Shown: positions 31,237 to 39,716 of the stretch, one piece after another
Numbering within the stretch: position 1 is the first letter of the stretch
Layout: each line of letters opens with the position of its first letter
Source: Terriglobia bacterium
GTDB lineage: Bacteria > Acidobacteriota > Terriglobia > JAIQFV01
Length of the DNA stretch: 64,000 nt
Assembly (NCBI GenBank): GCA_020072965.1
Contig: JAIQFY010000010.1
Span: 108,243 to 172,242 of the forward strand
Direction of reading: 5' to 3'
The notes under the pieces: generated by a model
The model's input: the letters and a program-made list of their open reading frames with translations, nothing else
Databases searched by the model: none
Told to the model about the DNA's origin: nothing
Translations under genes and position numbers: made by a program

Positions 31237-31362
31237 AAATTCTGGTCTTGGTTCCGGCTTGTCTGGATAATGGTAATCTCTTATGCATTTCCTGTAGTTT
31301 TTCTGTCTTCATAAATGAATCTTTGGTAGAATCACCCTTCTCTCAAGAAAGAAGAAGAGGAA

Positions 31363-31914
31363 ATGCCAATAATAACAACGCAGGAAAAGGACATCGCCCC
31401 GGGAGGAAATCCGTTTGTTGAGCAAAATACGGAGTTTGGAGCCGGGGTGGTCACCACCTCATTTGACAAGGTGGTCAATTGGGCACGGAGGTCGTCCATC
31501 TGGCCGATGACTTTCGGCCTGGCGTGTTGTGCGATCGAAATGATGGCGATGGGGGCCTCCCGTTATGACATTGCTCGGTTTGGGGCGGAGGTCTTTCGCG
31601 GCTCACCGCGACAATCGGACTTGATGATCGTGGCCGGCCGAGTCTCAAAGAAAATGGCACCGATCGTGCGCCAGCTGTATGATCAAATGCCGGAACCGAA
31701 GTGGGTTATCTCCATGGGAGTGTGCGCTACGGCGGGCGGCATCTTCAACAATTACGCCATCGTGCAGGGAGTCAACCAGGTGGTGCCGGTGGATGTGTAT
31801 ATCCCCGGATGCCCGCCACGGCCCGAACAGCTCATTTATGGAATCATGAAGCTGCAGGAGAAGATCGATCGGCAGCGCGGGAGCTTCAAGGACCTTCTTC
31901 CTTTTGGGGGTTGA
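31363..31914 (+). CDS. nuoB: NADH-quinone oxidoreductase subunit B (stand-alone)
   Basis: [40 protein letters not shown]. Confidence 0.93.
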   Translation: MPIITTQEKDIAPGGNPFVEQNTEFGAGVVTTSFDKVVNWARRSSIWPMTFGLACCAIEMMAMGASRYDIARFGAEVFRGSPRQSDLMIVAGRVSKKMAPIVRQLYDQMPEPKWVISMGVCATAGGIFNNYAIVQGVNQVVPVDVYIPGCPPRPEQLIYGIMKLQEKIDRQRGSFKDLLPFGG

Positions 31915-32023
31915 GTCTCTCAGGTTATTAATCGGGTTGTGATTGGCGGTGCGGCTTCTCCAGCAAAGCTCTTTCCCCTTCCTCAATCTCGAATAGAATG
32001 CCCCCTTGCCCTCGACTTCCATC

Positions 32024-32032
32024 TGTTATAAT
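32024..32032 (+). promoter_or_regulatory. Extended -10 promoter for the bcp-like gene
   Basis: TGTTATAAT about 60 nt upstream of ATG 32091; AGGAGGG SD. Confidence 0.55.
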
Positions 32033-32090
32033 CTACTTGCGCTCTCACAATAATTTACAGGCCTGACCAGAAAATTCAGGAGGGAGTTCT

Positions 32091-32528
32091 ATGTTGTCAA
32101 TCGGAGAGAAGGCCCCCGACTTCAAAGTGAAGACCCATGAGGGAAAGGAACTTTCGCTGGGCCAGTTTGCGGGGAGCAAAGTGGTCCTGTGGTTCTACCC
32201 CAAGGCTGACACCCCCGGCTGAACCAACGAAGGCAAAGGATTCCGTGATCGAATCCGAGAGTATGACGCAAAGAACATGAAGATCCTTGGAATCAGTTTT
32301 GATACGGTCGAGGAAAATGCCGCGTTTGCAAAGAAATTTCAGTTTCCCTTCCCCCTATTGTGCGACACTGACCGGAAAATAGGATTGGCTTATGGGGCCT
32401 GCGAATCGGTTCGGGATGAACACGCCAAGCGAATTTCATATGTGATTGGTGAAGACGGTAACATCCTTCAAGCCTATCCCAAAGTCGATGCCGCGCGCCA
32501 TCCGCAAGAAGTGCTGGAGAAGCTCTAG
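32091..32528 (+). CDS. bcp: BCP/PrxQ peroxiredoxin, probable selenoprotein (peroxidatic Sec)
   Basis: ATG 32091 gives MLSIGEKAPDF...WFYPKADTPG-UGA(32220-32222)-TNEGKGFRD, in frame with ORF 32277-32528. UGA sits at the Cys of PxxxTxxC. Hairpin at 32238-32256. Confidence 0.9.
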
Positions 32529-33364
32529 TAGAATACCTTTTCGAGAAATAAACCGAACGGGGGCGCGGTCCACTCGGCCGGCTTTGGAGAGGGTTTGTAG
32601 AAGAAAGAACTAAATTCATCCCGAGTGCAGTTCCCTGCGCTCAATTCCACCATGCTCCCAACCAGGCGTCGGACCATCTTCCACAGAAATCGATCGGCGC
32701 GGATGTGAAAGGTCAACAGCCGGGCGTAACAAGGCCGGGTAATGCGGATCTCTCTCCACTCGCACTCATCCACGACGCACTGAAAGGAACGCTCTTCCTC
32801 TTCATCCGGATCACAAAAAGAGCGGAAGCTGTGCCTCCCGACCACGAGCTTTGCCGCCTCCTGGAGGAGGGGGAGTTTGATCTCGCGCCTTGGACACCAG
32901 GCGTGACGCCGCAGGAAGGGAGAGTAGCTTTCAACGATCTGATAGCGGTAGCTGCGAGAGCGCGCATCATGGCGAGCATGAAAATTCAGAGGAACGAATG
33001 CAGCGTGTGATACCGTCAGGTCCGCAGACAATCCGTTGTTCAGTTCCCGCATAATCTTTTCCGCCGACCACTGCCGTGGATCCTCCGTGTGATCCCCGGC
33101 ATGAAAAGGCGCTTTCAAGAGCGGGATATCGCGAGAGGCGGACTTTTCCGGCGGAGGGTCCCCATGAATGACGGCATTCACAACCTGGGCCTCGGCATGG
33201 ACGCCCCGGTCGGTTCGACCTGCCGCAATGATCCGCGGCTTTTCTTTCAGAACATCAATCATTGCCGACAGCAGCTGACCCTGGACCGTGCGAACGTCCT
33301 TTTGGATCTGCCAGCCATAGAATCGCGTACCTTCATAGGCAACCGTGAGCTTCAGGTTTCTCAT
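32525..33364 (-). CDS. truA: tRNA pseudouridine(38-40) synthase
   Basis: YEGTRFYGWQ; AGRTDRGVHA; FHARH; FLWKMVR. Confidence 0.93.
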   Translation of the reverse strand: MRNLKLTVAYEGTRFYGWQIQKDVRTVQGQLLSAMIDVLKEKPRIIAAGRTDRGVHAEAQVVNAVIHGDPPPEKSASRDIPLLKAPFHAGDHTEDPRQWSAEKIMRELNNGLSADLTVSHAAFVPLNFHARHDARSRSYRYQIVESYSPFLRRHAWCPRREIKLPLLQEAAKLVVGRHSFRSFCDPDEEEERSFQCVVDECEWREIRITRPCYARLLTFHIRADRFLWKMVRRLVGSMVELSAGNCTRDEFSSFFYKPSPKPAEWTAPPFGLFLEKVFY

Positions 33365-33451
33365 ATTAGTGTAAATCGGAAATCTTCATGGATGCTGCTT
33401 TGAGAAAGGGTGCGCCTATTGGAACCCCTACATTTTTATCCCTGTTTTTCA

Positions 33452-33513
33452 CTGGCACCCGACGCCTGGCACCCCGCACACTTTTCACCACCCACCGCTC
33501 ACTGCTCACTGCT
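33452..33513. repeat. 7-nt repeats (CTGGCAC type, then ACTGCTC type) overlapping the Smr stop codon
   Basis: ctggcac ccgacgc ctggcac cccgcac ... accaccc accgctc actgctc actgctc. Confidence 0.7.
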
Positions 33514-33913
33514 CCTTCAACACCACCCACGTCGCGCCCCACCCTCCTGCCTCCGGCCTCGCATCTCTGAAAGACGCCACCAGCGGATGCTTTGAGAGCA
33601 CCGATCGGACTATCTCACGCTGAACCCCAATCCCCCGGCCGTGGACGATTCGCATCCTGCGAAATCCTTTCTCGTGAGCCTCCCGGAGGTATTCTTCAAG
33701 GACGACCTTTATTTCTTTTGGTGAAAAAGTATGGAGATCGATGGAATCTTCGATAGGAATGGTGATGGGCTCTCGGGAGGAGAAGGCCTCCCCCTCATGA
33801 TTTTGGAGTTCCACCTTCTGGGCTCCCGTCTCTGGCTTCTGACTTCCGGCTTCTGACTTCTGACTTCCCTTCTCAGGGAAGAAAGACCCCACAGGTTTGG
33901 ATTTTTTGTTCAA
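33506..33913 (-). CDS. Smr/MutS2 C-terminal domain protein; start uncertain
   Basis: IDLHTF; IVHGRGIG; GGWGATWV. Confidence 0.88.
   Translation of the reverse strand: MNKKSKPVGSFFPEKGSQKSEAGSQKPETGAQKVELQNHEGEAFSSREPITIPIEDSIDLHTFSPKEIKVVLEEYLREAHEKGFRRMRIVHGRGIGVQREIVRSVLSKHPLVASFRDARPEAGGWGATWVVLKEQ
33829..33867. repeat. 7-nt repeats (CTTCTGA type) inside the 5' part of the Smr ORF
   Basis: tctctgg cttctga cttccgg cttctga cttctga cttc; translates as GSQKSEAGSQKPE. Confidence 0.75.
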
Positions 33914-33922
33914 GTGAGATTC

Positions 33923-35521
33923 CTAGATCACAATGGCTTCCTGGTACTCACCGAACTCGCGGCGCATGGCGTCGGAGATTTCCCCGACAGTGGCATAGGC
34001 TTCTACTGCATTGAGGATTGGCGGCAGAAGATTCTTCCGGGGATCTCGCGCTGCCGCCTCGATCTCCCTCAAAGCGAGATCCACCTTGCTTGTATCCCGC
34101 TCCGCTCTCACAGCGGCGAGGCTCTTCTTCTGTTGCTCTTCCAGGGCGGGGTCGACCCGGAGGATAGAAAATGGTTTTTCGTGATCTGACACAAAGGCAT
34201 TGACTCCGACCACAGTCTGGTCTTTCGATTCGATGGCGCGCTGGTACTGGTAGGCCGATTCCTGAATTTCTCTCTGAACAAATCCCGTTTCAATGGCCTG
34301 AAGCATGCCTCCCATCTTCTCGATCCTCGCGACATACTCTTCCGCGCGCCGTTCGATTTCATTAGTCATCGACTCGATGAAATATGAACCGCCGAGGGGA
34401 TCCACGACATCGGCAACCCCGCTCTCCTGGGCGATGACCTGCTGGGTGCGCAGGGCCAGCAACGCGGATTCTTCCGTGGGGAGGGCCAAGGCTTCATCGC
34501 GGGAATTGGTATGGAGTGATTGTGTACCTCCGAGCACAGCGGCCAATGCCTGCAATGCTACTCGGACCACGTTGATCTCGGGTTGTTGCGCCGTCAGCGT
34601 GGCGCCCGACGTTTGAGAGTGAAATCGCAGCATCCAGGATTTGGGCTTGCGCGCCCCGAAGCGGTCGCGCATCAACCTCGCCCACATCCGGCGAGCCGCC
34701 CTGAACTTTGCCACCTCTTCAAGGAGATTATTGTGCGCGTTGAAGAAAAAGGAGAGGCGCGGAGCGAAGAGGTCAACGTCCAAACCCGCCTCGACCGCCG
34801 CCTTCACATAGGTGATTCCATTCATCAGGGTGAATGCCACTTCTTGAACCGCGGAGGAGCCGGCCTCGCGGATATGGTATCCGCTGATTGAAATCGTGTT
34901 CCATTCCGGCAGGTGCTTGGCACAATATTCGAAAATATTCGCGACCACCCGAAGAGAATGCCGGGGAGGGTAGATATAAGTCCCCCGTGCAATGTATTCC
35001 TTCAAGATGTCATTTTGCACCGTGCCGGAAAGCTTCTCAGGCGGCACGCCTTGTTTCTTCGCCACCCCGATGTACAGCGCCAGCAGGATCGCCGCCGTGG
35101 AGTTAATGGTCATGGAAGTGGAGACCTTGTCGAGCGGGATGCCATCAAACAAGGTTTCCATATCTCGCAGCGAATCAATCGCCACTCCCACTTTCCCTAC
35201 TTCGCCCGATGCCAGGGGATGATCCGAGTCGAGCCCGATCTGGGTAGGCAGATCAAAAGCCACCGACAAGCCCATCTGACCCTGTGAAAGAAGAAATTTA
35301 TACCGCCGGTTGGATTCGGCGGCTGAGCCGAACCCGGCGTACTGGCGCATGGTCCAGAAACGACCCCGGTACATGTTGGGCTGGATGCCGCGGGTGAATG
35401 GAAACTCGCCCGGCGGACCCAGTGAATTTCCGGCATCAAAGCCTGACAGGTCGTCTGCGTCGTAAAAGGGTTTCAGCTCGATGTGGGAAGTGGTTTCGAA
35501 TTTGGGTTTGCGTTCAGTCAT
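33923..35521 (-). CDS. Methylmalonyl-CoA mutase, substrate-binding (large) subunit, no B12 domain
   Basis: [59 protein letters not shown]. No DxHxxG motif. Confidence 0.93.
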   Translation of the reverse strand: MTERKPKFETTSHIELKPFYDADDLSGFDAGNSLGPPGEFPFTRGIQPNMYRGRFWTMRQYAGFGSAAESNRRYKFLLSQGQMGLSVAFDLPTQIGLDSDHPLASGEVGKVGVAIDSLRDMETLFDGIPLDKVSTSMTINSTAAILLALYIGVAKKQGVPPEKLSGTVQNDILKEYIARGTYIYPPRHSLRVVANIFEYCAKHLPEWNTISISGYHIREAGSSAVQEVAFTLMNGITYVKAAVEAGLDVDLFAPRLSFFFNAHNNLLEEVAKFRAARRMWARLMRDRFGARKPKSWMLRFHSQTSGATLTAQQPEINVVRVALQALAAVLGGTQSLHTNSRDEALALPTEESALLALRTQQVIAQESGVADVVDPLGGSYFIESMTNEIERRAEEYVARIEKMGGMLQAIETGFVQREIQESAYQYQRAIESKDQTVVGVNAFVSDHEKPFSILRVDPALEEQQKKSLAAVRAERDTSKVDLALREIEAAARDPRKNLLPPILNAVEAYATVGEISDAMRREFGEYQEAIVI

Positions 35522-35613
35522 TGCTGGTCCCTGATAAAAAAAGAGGACGTCGAATCAATGTATACTTCAGGGTTGCCCTCCCGGGGTCGGGAGGCCCGGC
35601 GGCGAGGGCCTGA

Positions 35614-35871
35614 CTACTGTTTCTTTTTCACGGCCCGAGCCCGCAGAAGCGAACTCACCGCGAAGGTCAGTAAAAGGACGGCAAACCCTGCGGAAGTGTA
35701 AAACCGAATGCCGGACGAAGGGATTTCCGGAGTGTAATCTTTATATTCCTTCCACGCCGCGGCGGCGGCGCTAAACCCCAGCATGAAAAAAAAGAGGCTC
35801 ATGAACTGATGAAGAATGATCTTGAGCGAGCGGACGAGACCGGCAAAGGAATGCTTTAGTATCCTCCACAT
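35614..35871 (-). CDS. Small hypothetical membrane protein
   Basis: Two hydrophobic segments; same orientation as its neighbours. Confidence 0.55.
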   Translation of the reverse strand: MWRILKHSFAGLVRSLKIILHQFMSLFFFMLGFSAAAAAWKEYKDYTPEIPSSGIRFYTSAGFAVLLLTFAVSSLLRARAVKKKQ

Positions 35872-35964
35872 GATCTCAAGTATGTTAGGGAGAAAGCGAC
35901 GGGAAGTCAAATAAGCCGCGACCGCCGGGCGGCCGCAGCTTGAGACGGAGAAGGCTTCGGGCTT

Positions 35965-38900
35965 CTAACGAGACGATTTCCCCACTGCCAGTGGCGAGCC
36001 GTCATCCCCAAAGAAGCTGAGCGCAGCGACGGAGGCCTCGGTGCCGATATTCAAGAAAATGAATTGGGTTTGATAGCCTCCCCCATCGGCGATTTGAGGA
36101 AAGATGATCGGGAAGGGGACAGGACGAGCCAGATCAGCGACTGGAAAGGTCGTCAGCAAAAAATCCCCACGCGCGGTGTTCAGCGAACGCATAGTCAGTG
36201 CCACGAAGCTGGCAGGAGCACTCATATCCAAGACCCCCTTGAAATCATCGGGAAGATCTGAAATCAACTCTCCCACAAACATTGCGGCGTGACCATTGGC
36301 ATTGAGATTCAAGAAGGCGAGACCCTTGCCGGCCGGGGTCCTGCCATCAAGGTGAAAAGCACTCAGGGCGATCGGGTCGGCGCCACTCTGGGGAAATGCA
36401 ATGGCTAAACCTGTGTCGTGGCCGTTCGATTTGTCAATGTAAATCCGCGCATGATTAGTCGGAAGGGCCGATGGAATTCCGGATTCCGTTACCAGGATTC
36501 CCCCCTGCGTGAGACCGAAAATCCCCGCACCGACCGGGACCTGGCTTCCTTGATTAGCTGTCACCCGGATCCAGCCCGAATTCACCGTGGGCGGTGAGCC
36601 GTCAGTTTGAAGCACAAAGATCCCCCCTGGTTTTATGGTATACGCAAAGGAGGAGCCCGAATTCCCAATGACCGGCCGGACCACACGCGGCGCCCCATCG
36701 TCTGCAAAAAGCTGAATGTTTCCGGTTTCGTCCAACCCCGAAGTGTTCAGCAAAACGACTGTCGACTGGTATCCGCCTCCATCAACTACATGTGCAAAGA
36801 AGAGCTCAGTTTCAGACGCAGTTTTCGTCAAATCGGCGATGGGAGTGGTGGTGATGAGCGTTTCACCCCGCTGATTCGTGGTTAACCGGAGGGCGACGAT
36901 GGAGAGCGGCTGGTCACTCCCGATTTCAAGGGAGCCAAATTTCGTGACTGTTGGAAAATCCGCGGCTAACTGAAAATCGGGGGCGACGTCATGAAGTTGG
37001 TCAATGAATTTGGAGAGGTGTGTACCAGCGGCGAGCACGCTGTGGCCCGAGGCCAACAGCTGACCGGCGGCATCCCGCAAGGTGAATGATACATTGGCCG
37101 CGTTCCCGCCGGGGTTTACGAGGGCGAATCCGGTGTCGATGCTAATGCTCGCTGCATCAGGATGATCAGATTTGGACGGTACACTGGTACGGTAATCGAT
37201 GAAGATCCGAGCCGCTGTTGTCGGCGGGGACACTGGAACACCCGCCTCAGTCACTACATGGCCGTTCTGTTCAAGACTAAACACGGCGGTCCCAACGAGT
37301 AATCCACTACCTGAACCCACGTCTACCGTGACATAGCCGGCTTGAACAAAGCCTGCCCCTTCCCTGGTGAAAACGGATTGCGCTCCGCCATCTATAAGAT
37401 TCATAGCGATCTGAGCATTAGCGGCCGGGCAGGAATTCAGGAGGACCGCATCGGGCGCCACAACATCGGGCTTTCCGTCTCCGTTGATGTCGCTAACTCC
37501 AATGAATGCGGAAGAGATGCCAAGGCTATAATCCACGGGGTTCTGTAAAGTGCCATCCCCGTTCCCCAAGAGGATCGAGACACTGGAGTTCAAATTAGCC
37601 ACTGCCAGATCGAGCTTGCCATCCCCATTGAAGTCACCGATCGCGAGGGAGCCGGCACTCGAAATGTCACCAAAACTAACCGGAGCCTGGAACGTCCCAT
37701 CCCCATTCCCCCTAAGGAGGACCACGCTACCGCTGAGGTTCATAAATGAGCGTCCCACGGCCAGATCGAGAATCCCATCTCCATTGAAGTCCCCTACGGC
37801 AATCTGCCCGGGCGAGATTCCCACTTCAATGGATCCAGCGTCCTGGAAGGTCCCATCCCCGTTTCCCCTGAGAAGCGCCACAAATCCAAGGCCTCCGACA
37901 CTGTTGCCGGAATCAATGACCGCCAGATCAGGAATCCCGTCGCCGTTGAAGTCTCCTGTCACGGCTGACGCCCCGGGATTTGTACCCGCAAGGTTATGGA
38001 TTGGCGGCTGAAACGTGCCATCCCCGTTCCCCAGTAAAATGGTGACATCCCCGCGCTGCGAGAAAAAGTTGTGCACCACCTGGCTGGGGTTCACTACCGC
38101 CAAATCGAGCATACCGTCGTTATTGAAATCTGAAACGACAATGTAGAAAGGATTTGATCCCGCCGCAATTTTCGAGGAAGCCTGAAAAGTGCCATCCCCG
38201 TTCCCCAACAGAATTGAAATGTCTTTGGAGGTGAAATTACTCACCACCAGATCCGTCTTTCCATCCCGGTTGAAATCGCCCGCGGTAACGAACACCGGAC
38301 TCGATCCGACAGGATAAGTCGATGGTGTTCGAAAAGAGCCGTCGCCATTCCCCAACAAGATTGCCAGCGTATCCGAACCCCGATTAGGCACTGACAGATC
38401 GGGTATTCCATCACCGTTCAGATCTGCCAGCCAGAATCGTCCCGGGCCTGATCCCGTGCTGTAGTTCACCGCACTTTGAAAAGTCCCGTCGCCCTTCCCA
38501 ACCAAAATGGCGAGGGTGTCGTTGGAGATGTTTGCTGCCGCCAAGTCGCGTTTCCCATGCCCCGTAAGATCCCCCACGGCAACAAACACGGAATTAAACG
38601 GCAGACTGATGGCCATCGGAGGCCGGAAGGAGCCATCGCCGTTTCCTAACATGACTGAAGAATCCGCCACCAGATCGAGATTGCCGTCGCCGTTGAAGTC
38701 GCCCGGGATGACGAATCCGAACGCGGTTCCAGGGCTGTCTATCGGGGCTTGAAAGGTACCATCTCCTTTGCCGAGCAAAATCGAGACCCTCCCATTCGGA
38801 CCCCGGACGGCGAGATCCGTTGTGCCGTCACGATTGAAATCGCCAGCAGCAAAAGGGATGGCTGCAGCGGCACCAACGCCAGGCCCATTCCGGAAGGTGC

Positions 38901-39627
38901 CATCGCCATTCCCCAACAAGATGAATACTGATTCCAGGCTCACTCCGGCGATCACCAAGTCTGCGATTCCATCGCCATTAAAATCTGCGGCGACCAGCGA
39001 GGAGGGAAACGTCGCCAGGGTGGTATCTGAAGTTGTCTGAAAGGTGCCATCACCGTTTCCCAGAAATACAGAGACACTCTTTGAGAATTGGTTTGCCACA
39101 ACAAAATCGAGTTTACCGTCCCGGTTGAAGTCGCCGGTCACGACGGAGTTCGGTCCGATGCCAGCCTGGTAGTCCGCGGCCGCCCCGAAGGAGCCATCAC
39201 CTTTACCCAGAAGGATCGACACATCGTTGTCCCGCTGATTCACCACCACCAAGTCGGGCTTGTTGTCCCCATTAAAATCTCCAATGGCCACGGACACCGG
39301 ATCGGATCCGACGCCATAATTCACAGCGGCCTGAAAGGTCCCATCCCCTTTCCCGAGCAGGATGGAAACATTGTTGGAACCGAAATTGACAGCGACGAGG
39401 TCTCCCTTGCCATCTCCGTTGAAGTCACCTATGGCCACGAATACAGGGGTAGCGCCGGCAATGAAATCGGGTTTCACTGAGAAACTTGGAGTCGTGCAGG
39501 CAATGGCGGCAGCAAGGAGGTTCCGTCCAACAATACCAGAGAGACTCACCATCATGAGCAGGACATACCAAAGCGTCCAGGAATGAAGACCAAGGTCCTT
39601 TCCGGTCTTATTGCTCACTTCTTTCAC
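35965..39627 (-). CDS. Secreted FG-GAP/VCBS repeat protein with conserved C-terminal beta-rich region
   Basis: Signal peptide; roughly a dozen GDFNGDGxxDL...LLGxGDGTF repeats; C-terminal ~480 aa homologous to the neighbouring gene. Confidence 0.9.
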   Translation of the reverse strand: MKEVSNKTGKDLGLHSWTLWYVLLMMVSLSGIVGRNLLAAAIACTTPSFSVKPDFIAGATPVFVAIGDFNGDGKGDLVAVNFGSNNVSILLGKGDGTFQAAVNYGVGSDPVSVAIGDFNGDNKPDLVVVNQRDNDVSILLGKGDGSFGAAADYQAGIGPNSVVTGDFNRDGKLDFVVANQFSKSVSVFLGNGDGTFQTTSDTTLATFPSSLVAADFNGDGIADLVIAGVSLESVFILLGNGDGTFRNGPGVGAAAAIPFAAGDFNRDGTTDLAVRGPNGRVSILLGKGDGTFQAPIDSPGTAFGFVIPGDFNGDGNLDLVADSSVMLGNGDGSFRPPMAISLPFNSVFVAVGDLTGHGKRDLAAANISNDTLAILVGKGDGTFQSAVNYSTGSGPGRFWLADLNGDGIPDLSVPNRGSDTLAILLGNGDGSFRTPSTYPVGSSPVFVTAGDFNRDGKTDLVVSNFTSKDISILLGNGDGTFQASSKIAAGSNPFYIVVSDFNNDGMLDLAVVNPSQVVHNFFSQRGDVTILLGNGDGTFQPPIHNLAGTNPGASAVTGDFNGDGIPDLAVIDSGNSVGGLGFVALLRGNGDGTFQDAGSIEVGISPGQIAVGDFNGDGILDLAVGRSFMNLSGSVVLLRGNGDGTFQAPVSFGDISSAGSLAIGDFNGDGKLDLAVANLNSSVSILLGNGDGTLQNPVDYSLGISSAFIGVSDINGDGKPDVVAPDAVLLNSCPAANAQIAMNLIDGGAQSVFTREGAGFVQAGYVTVDVGSGSGLLVGTAVFSLEQNGHVVTEAGVPVSPPTTAARIFIDYRTSVPSKSDHPDAASISIDTGFALVNPGGNAANVSFTLRDAAGQLLASGHSVLAAGTHLSKFIDQLHDVAPDFQLAADFPTVTKFGSLEIGSDQPLSIVALRLTTNQRGETLITTTPIADLTKTASETELFFAHVVDGGGYQSTVVLLNTSGLDETGNIQLFADDGAPRVVRPVIGNSGSSFAYTIKPGGIFVLQTDGSPPTVNSGWIRVTANQGSQVPVGAGIFGLTQGGILVTESGIPSALPTNHARIYIDKSNGHDTGLAIAFPQSGADPIALSAFHLDGRTPAGKGLAFLNLNANGHAAMFVGELISDLPDDFKGVLDMSAPASFVALTMRSLNTARGDFLLTTFPVADLARPVPFPIIFPQIADGGGYQTQFIFLNIGTEASVAALSFFGDDGSPLAVGKSSR

Positions 39628-39716
39628 CTCCGATTACTCAGAACTTCACTCGTCAAACAAACCAATTCTAGCACTTTGGTCTCCGACTATTCGGATCTCG
39701 ATCGCAAGGTGATCCA

